Shown piece after piece: positions 33,279 to 38,983 of a stretch of DNA of 38,983 bases. This DNA is from Octopus bimaculoides. Its lineage: Eukaryota. A model generated the notes under the pieces. That model saw nothing but the letters and a program-made list of their open reading frames with translations, was not told the origin of the DNA and did no database searches. The DNA lies in NCBI RefSeq assembly GCF_001194135.2, contig NC_068984.1, forward strand, positions 78,753,896 through 78,792,878, in the 5' to 3' direction. Numbering within the stretch: the stretch's first letter is position 1; each line of letters opens with the position of its first letter. A program made the position numbers and the translations under genes.

Positions 33279-35544
33279 NNNNNNNNNNNNNNNNNNNNNN
33301 NNNNNNNNNNNNNNNNNNNNNNNNNNNNNNNNNNNNNNNNNNNNNNNNNNNNNNNNNNNNNNNNNNNNNNNNNNNNNNNNNNNNNNNNNNNNNNNNNNNN
33401 NNNNNNNNNNNNNNNNNNNNNNNNNNNNNNNNNNNNNNNNNNNNNNNNNNNNNNNNNNNNNNNNNNNNNNNNNNNNNNNNNNNNNNNNNNNNNNNNNNNN
33501 NNNNNNNNNNNNNNNNNNNNNNNNNNNNNNNNNNNNNNNNNNNNNNNNNNNNNNNNNNNNNNNNNNNNNNNNNNNNNNNNNNNNNNNNNNNNNNNNNNNN
33601 NNNNNNNNNNNNNNNNNNNNNNNNNNNNNNNNNNNNNNNNNNNNNNNNNNNNNNNNNNNNNNNNNNNNNNNNNNACAATACTGCATGACTTTTACTCTCT
33701 AATCAAAAGTACAATATCTGGCCTATTGTATTTATACCGGATTGCTGTTTATATTGGAATGTTTCACTTGTATTCTTTATTTTTAAAGGTGCGTACACCT
33801 CGCTCTGTTACGTCTTTGGCGTAGTGATCGGTTGATCACTACCTTGCTGTTGTCTTTCAAAAGAGAGTTTTAGCTTCTCCCGAGCGTGAATAAAATCAGA
33901 GGATTGATTTTGGGACCGCAACCTCTTCTCAAAAAAAAAAAAAATTACCAGCTGGCTATAGAAATTGTCCAAAAACTTCACAAAGACTTTTACCAGCGTA
34001 GATATGTTTATGATGGACGTGAATGAAACAATGCATAGTGCAACACAGGAGGGTCTAAAGACTTCATTATGGTGGTGGCCACAGTACAGAAAGAGTGAGA
34101 TAGACTCAATCAGAAGGTGACAGTTGCTATTCCAGATCAGATAGGAGAAGGTGAGACTAATGAAGCATCGGGACTGCTACTTATCTGGTGGGCCAAATTT
34201 TTGAAAATATTTCTTTGGACGGAGTAGAAGAGATAATGTTTTTAGAATGTTGTAGGTATACCTGGACGCCTTGAGATGACTGTTGCTCGACTTGCTATAA
34301 ATAGCAGCAACAATTCTTAAATTTTACTCTACTAGCTTAAAATTAAATAAATATACTGGGCAAAATGCCTGGAATATAATATACCATGAAAGGAGACGCG
34401 ATGGTCACAGGTGCAATGTCCATCAAATGATGAACATTTGAGAACTCTGATAGGTTATTTCAATTTTGGAAGACATTCTATAAATCTATACTGTGACGGC
34501 TGCTATAAGATAAAGTAAGATAAGCAGGCATTTTATATGACTGCCAAATGTATTTTATTTTATTATTAGCATTTTCGCGTTGCCAGTTGTTTGTGTCAGG
34601 TTCTAAACAAATAAATTTTGTTCGTTCCTTCTCAAGCTTTTCTAATTACATTTAGGAGTTCGTGGAGTAAAAACAGATTGTTTTCCCCGTACTTTCATCT
34701 GTCAGTAAATGCAAAAGACATTAAGCGATAAGTTTCAGTCGACGCAAACAATTGCACAAAATTTATTTTGACGTTATTAAATTAGAGTCTACAATAATGG
34801 ATTTTCTTAATATGAATTGTCTATATTTCAGTATTAAATTTATTACAAACGATAAAATTACAAATTGATAGCAAAAAATGAGCAAACAAATAAATATACA
34901 TACATTGATATTGAATTAAATACGCAATATTAAATATCCTGGTTTTTGCTCTTTTTACTGAAAATCAGATCACCGATCAAAGGTCTTCCAGCCGTGACCA
35001 TCTCCTTTTTATAGAAGCATAGTTTTTCTGGAGTTGCATTATCCGTCTTTTTAAGACGATAAAGTGTGTTTGAAAGAGGAAATGTTTTGTTATTTCTTGC
35101 AAGTAGAAGGATTACGTATAAACGTTTTCTGTTTTGGTGTCTTCCGGAACATTCTTATCTTACTAATCGTAAAGCATTGTATACACATACATATATACAT
35201 ACATGCAAAATGAAGATAGTTAAAAAGATTGCTTTGTTGTGGAAATTAACTTTGAACACATATGTCGTCATAAAATATAGGAAAAAGAATATGTCTATAG
35301 ACCATTGACTAAGAGCTTGCAACCCCAGTACCCAAGATACCCTTTCAGCTTCATACCTATTATTATTGGAACAAAAGAATACGTACCAACCCACGTGAAG
35401 CAAAGTATGGCTCAATGTAGATTCTTGGGAAGAGAATGCAATTCTTTACTTCATTCGCTACAAATAATCACGCTATCAGTGACTGTAAACATCTGGAAAA
35501 CCTTCCCAATGATGATAAACAATAAATGTTTTTCTTCGCAAACT

Positions 35545-35745
35545 TGCTGTAATCCGTACACATTTTTTCTCTCCATTTTTTCGTTCTCTTTCCACTTTTC
35601 CCTTCTCATCCTTTTCTGAGCGTAGGCTCGAAACATAAAAGACCATTCCATTTTTCTCCAGCATCAAACTCATGCTAGTTGTTCCCTCACCTGTTTACGT
35701 CTTTTTTTTCTCTAAATTTGAACTATATATATATATATATATATA
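35545..35745 (+). mobile_element. HHR-bearing family H1 copy with the core deleted, ending in (TA)n
   Basis: CTTTT CT[deleted]GAGC GTAG GCTC GAAAC ATA AAAG at 35611-35641; ...aaatttgaac(TA)n. Confidence 0.8.
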
Positions 35746-36192
35746 TTTGTATATATTTATGTATGTATGTACGTATTATGTATATACATATAGATCACTT
35801 AAATTTTAGTAAAGGTTTTAAATATTTCAATGTAAGTATATTTAATTAAGATGTTTTTAATGTTCATTCTGAGCACTATCTTTGCTCAAAACCTACAGTT
35901 CTTTCTCACTACAGCCGTCCGTTACCACGAACATCTTCTTACAGTCCATATCTTTAAACATAGATTCACTCCTTCCACTCACCAATCTAAAAATGTTATC
36001 TCAATCTGTTTTATAAATGCATAACATTTACTTCACTAATACAAGTAGAAAGATATACCTTTTCAACGCGTAACTACTGATAGAACAGCATAAATAAGAT
36101 AAAATCCTTACAGAGCAGAAAAATCTGTCAGCAACCAGCATTTTTAAAATTTCCCTTCTTTTGTTCCATTATTTTATAAACTTGAATTTTTC

Positions 36193-36822
36193 CTAAACAA
36201 AATCTGCCCAGCTATAAGAAATGAATCGAAAAACATTGAGAAACAAAACTATTTTCTCTGGTAGAAGAATAAATGCCAAAAGAGTTAGTATTGCTCGAGC
36301 ATTCCATCTTGCATTACTTAAGTTGGACATTTCTTGAAACTTTACAGTAGGAAATTTGTTGGTTTCTTCAAAAGAACGAAAAACTCTGGTCAAATGAAAT
36401 AGAAATTGAATGTCATCTCGCCATCCTGCTAATTCAGTAATCTTTTCTTTGCCATTGTTGAAATTAGCCTGGAGTTCCTCGTAATTACTTAGCAGCTCTG
36501 GGATGAATGTATATTCAATATCGGGAGATGACGTTTTTTCTCCAAATTCGTTATCCTTTACAACACGAAGAACTCTATCAAGGATATGATGCTGACAACT
36601 ATTAAATTGAGGTTCTTTCAAACCCTTTTGAGCAAGCAGTCTTTGCAACTGAAATACTATGCCATTTCTTTTCCCAGTGTTCATACCCGTTGTATCAGTG
36701 ACAACCACCTTTACACAGTTCCATAAACTGTATTCATCTAAAACAGCTGTTATTCCTTTCAGAATAGTATCGGCTTTTCCGTTTGGTAATTGGAGTACTT
36801 CTAACTTAACAGCTCCAGACAA
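36193..36822 (-). mobile_element. hAT-superfamily transposase fragment (209-aa uninterrupted frame)
   Basis: TDTTGMNTGKRNG, SCQHHILD, WRDDIQFL, NARWNARAI match the DTT..NTG / CxHH / RDD / ARW motifs of hATm/hATx-like transposases; both ends truncated. Confidence 0.78.
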
Positions 36823-36861
36823 AAGGGGGACTCATAAAAACCAAAGCCATCCTCATTAGAA

Positions 36862-37910
36862 GAAGAATATTCCCGTGAAACACGTCTCTCCACTCCTTTT
36901 CTGCTTATCGCTGGCACCTTTATCTGACATGCTAAACAGAACTAGATGCGGATACAACTGTTACGGCAAAACCATCTCTTGTATATAGATGATCTTAAAC
37001 TGTATGCTACAAATGATAAACAGCTGGAGACATTACAACAGACAGTTGAAAAGAAGAAAACTAGTTAAGAGTAACAACATCACACTAGATAAAATAAATG
37101 AAATAAAAGAATTAGACCAAAGCCAGACATACAAATACTTAGAAATCAATAAACTAGATACGACACAACACACACAAATGAAAGAGAAGATAAGAAAGGA
37201 ATACTATATAGACAAGTTAGATAAATACTACAAACAGAGCTCAATGTGAAAAACAAGATAATAGGTATCAACACTCTAGCCGTCCCAGTTGTAAGTTATA
37301 GCTAAATTGTTCTTAACTGGACTCTAAATGAACTAATCAAAATAGACAGGAAAACAAGAAAAATAATGACATAGAAAGGCTATATACACTACGTATCGAA
37401 GTGGTAGAGGCCTTATACAGCTAGAAAACTATTATGGAATAACCACCATAGGACTACAGAAATACCTACTTCAGAAGAAATACAAGAACAAATCTACTTC
37501 ACAAAACTCGAACAAAACAAAAAAACTGTCTTCTGTCTTTAAGGAAGCTGACAAATACAAAAAGGAAGTCATATTACCTAACAACGATGAAGAAAAAGAA
37601 GAAACAACACAAGCTGTAAAACAATGCATCATGATAAAACGATGGCAGGAAAAGCCTCTACATGGAAAGTATTGGGTTAAGATAAGCAGAAAGAAATATA
37701 CAAAGCAAAATCCCAACTATGGCTGAGAAGCTCAAGACTCGAAGTAGAGACTGAGGGATTTTAATAGCAGCACAAGATTAAAGCCTTCCCACCAGAAATC
37801 ACTAAAAAAAAAAACAAGTAATAAAAAGTAATAGAACAAGTAACTGCGGAATATATGGTGATGGAGACAAACAATAAATCCTATTGTCTCTGGCAATGCC
37901 TACTTAAACA
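36862..37910 (+). mobile_element. R4/Dong-like LINE fragment including RT catalytic region
   Basis: SPLLFCLSLAPLSDML, LYIDDLKLYA (YIDD at 36982-36993), ELNVKNKIIGINTLAVPVVSYS, IDRKTRKIMT; 37500-37900 aligns with 24330-24730. Confidence 0.92.
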
Positions 37911-37940
37911 TCTGCTGGTCAATATTTGTATACCTATCTT

Positions 37941-38392
37941 AGGGCGGCGAGCTGGTAGAATCGTTAGCGCGCCGGGGAAAAATGCTTATCGGCATTTCGT
38001 CTGCCGTTACGTTCTGAGTTCAAATTCCGCCGAGGTCGACTTTGCCTTTCATCCTTTCGGGGTCGATAAATCAAGTACCGGTTATGCACTGGGGTCGATG
38101 TAATCGACTTAATCCCTTTGTCTGTCCTTGTTTATCCCCTCTATGTTTAACCCCTTGTGGGCAATAAACAAATAAGAATTGTTAGCACGCCGGGCGAAAT
38201 ACTTAGCGTTATTTCGTCTGCCTTTACGTTTTGAGTTCAAGCTCCATCGAGGTCGAATTTGTCTTTCATCCTTTCGAGGTCGATTAAATAACTACCAGTT
38301 ATGCACTGGGCGCGATGTAATCGACTTACAACTTTTGTCTGTTCTTACTTGTCCCCTCTATGTTTAGCACCCTGTGGGCAATGAAGAAATAA
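37941..38392 (+). mobile_element. Two tandem SINE family A copies (37941-38175 full; 38177-38392 5'-truncated)
   Basis: agggcggcgagctggtagaatcgttagc, B box gagttcaaattcc, shared tail ...ccccttgtgggcaataaa. Confidence 0.92.
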
Positions 38393-38417
38393 ATATTTGT
38401 ATATCTATTTATCTCTT

Positions 38418-38458
<41 letters not shown>

Positions 38459-38594
38459 GTATATTTATCCGAACTAAGTTTTATTATGATAACCAGCTAG
38501 TTGTTAGATATATTTATAGATAAATTCCTCTATTTTACATAATATCGAGATCTCATTCATTCATTTGTTGTCATATTATTATTAATATTATCAC

Positions 38595-38597
<3 letters not shown>

Positions 38598-38678
<81 letters not shown>

Positions 38679-38929
38679 CACACATGTATATTATATCTGG
38701 TTTGCCATTAATGCAAATAATGGTTGACATTCACTGATGAAGGTGTACTTAAAGCGTTTTGTTATTTCCTTGTGTACAATTGGACAGCGAAACATACTTT
38801 CATAGATGGATTTTAAAATTGGTTTTAGAATTTCGCGCATATACACATATCCATACTCTCTTATTCTCAGTCTTTTTCTCCTTCTTTTACTTTCTTTCTG
38901 TATTTCCCACAGTCTATCTGTCTGTCTGC

Positions 38930-38983
<54 letters not shown>
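38598..38983. repeat. (CT)n/(ATCT)n at 38598-38680 and (CT)n at 38933-38983
   Basis: Directly visible. Confidence 0.95.

Noticed and set aside
33787-33842. Two small hairpins (AGGTG-CGTA-CACCT; GTAGTGATC-GGTT-GATCACTAC); also 19392-19405 and 20452-20473
   Set aside because: Stems of 5-9 bp are expected occasionally by chance; no supporting context
33950-34330. Possible LINE endonuclease remnant on the minus strand
   Set aside because: No convincing motif recovered by eye
38734-38800. CTGATGAAGG...GAAACATA
   Set aside because: No consistent stem II or cleavage triplet; possibly a relic but unsupported

Overview
Eukaryotic, AT-rich, microsatellite-saturated draft-assembly DNA with 7 N-gaps. 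The SINE families and repeat landscape look like an octopod cephalopod genome (inference from recalled repeat sequences, not verified). I find no host protein-coding exon, rRNA, true tRNA gene or CRISPR array. Most long ORFs in the track are artefacts of simple repeats or N-runs. The window is a transposon graveyard, read from translated motifs: two mariner fragments, a pogo/Tigger fossil, a hAT transposase fragment, a ~4 kb Helitron RepHel fossil, a Penelope (RT + GIY-YIG) fossil, RNase H-containing LINE fossils, four R4/Dong-like REL-endonuclease LINE fragments (three piled into a (TAA)n array), three tRNA-derived SINE families and several MITE/foldback structures. The most interesting signal is not in the ORF track. 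At least six distinct short repeats carry minimal type-I hammerhead ribozyme (HHR) folds (CUGANGA - stem II - GAAA - short, mostly palindromic stem III - NUH - stem I) at 398-437(-), 11024-11121(-), 11603-11658(+), 23594-23639(-), 29304-29390(-) and 29951-29986(-). Two further deleted copies lie at ~10349 and ~35611. The best-preserved one sits in a ~331-nt partial tandem unit with an inverted 5' segment (11282-11838), the layout of Penelope pseudo-LTRs/retrozymes, about 0.7 kb upstream of a co-oriented Penelope ORF fossil. All folds were done by eye; activity is untested.
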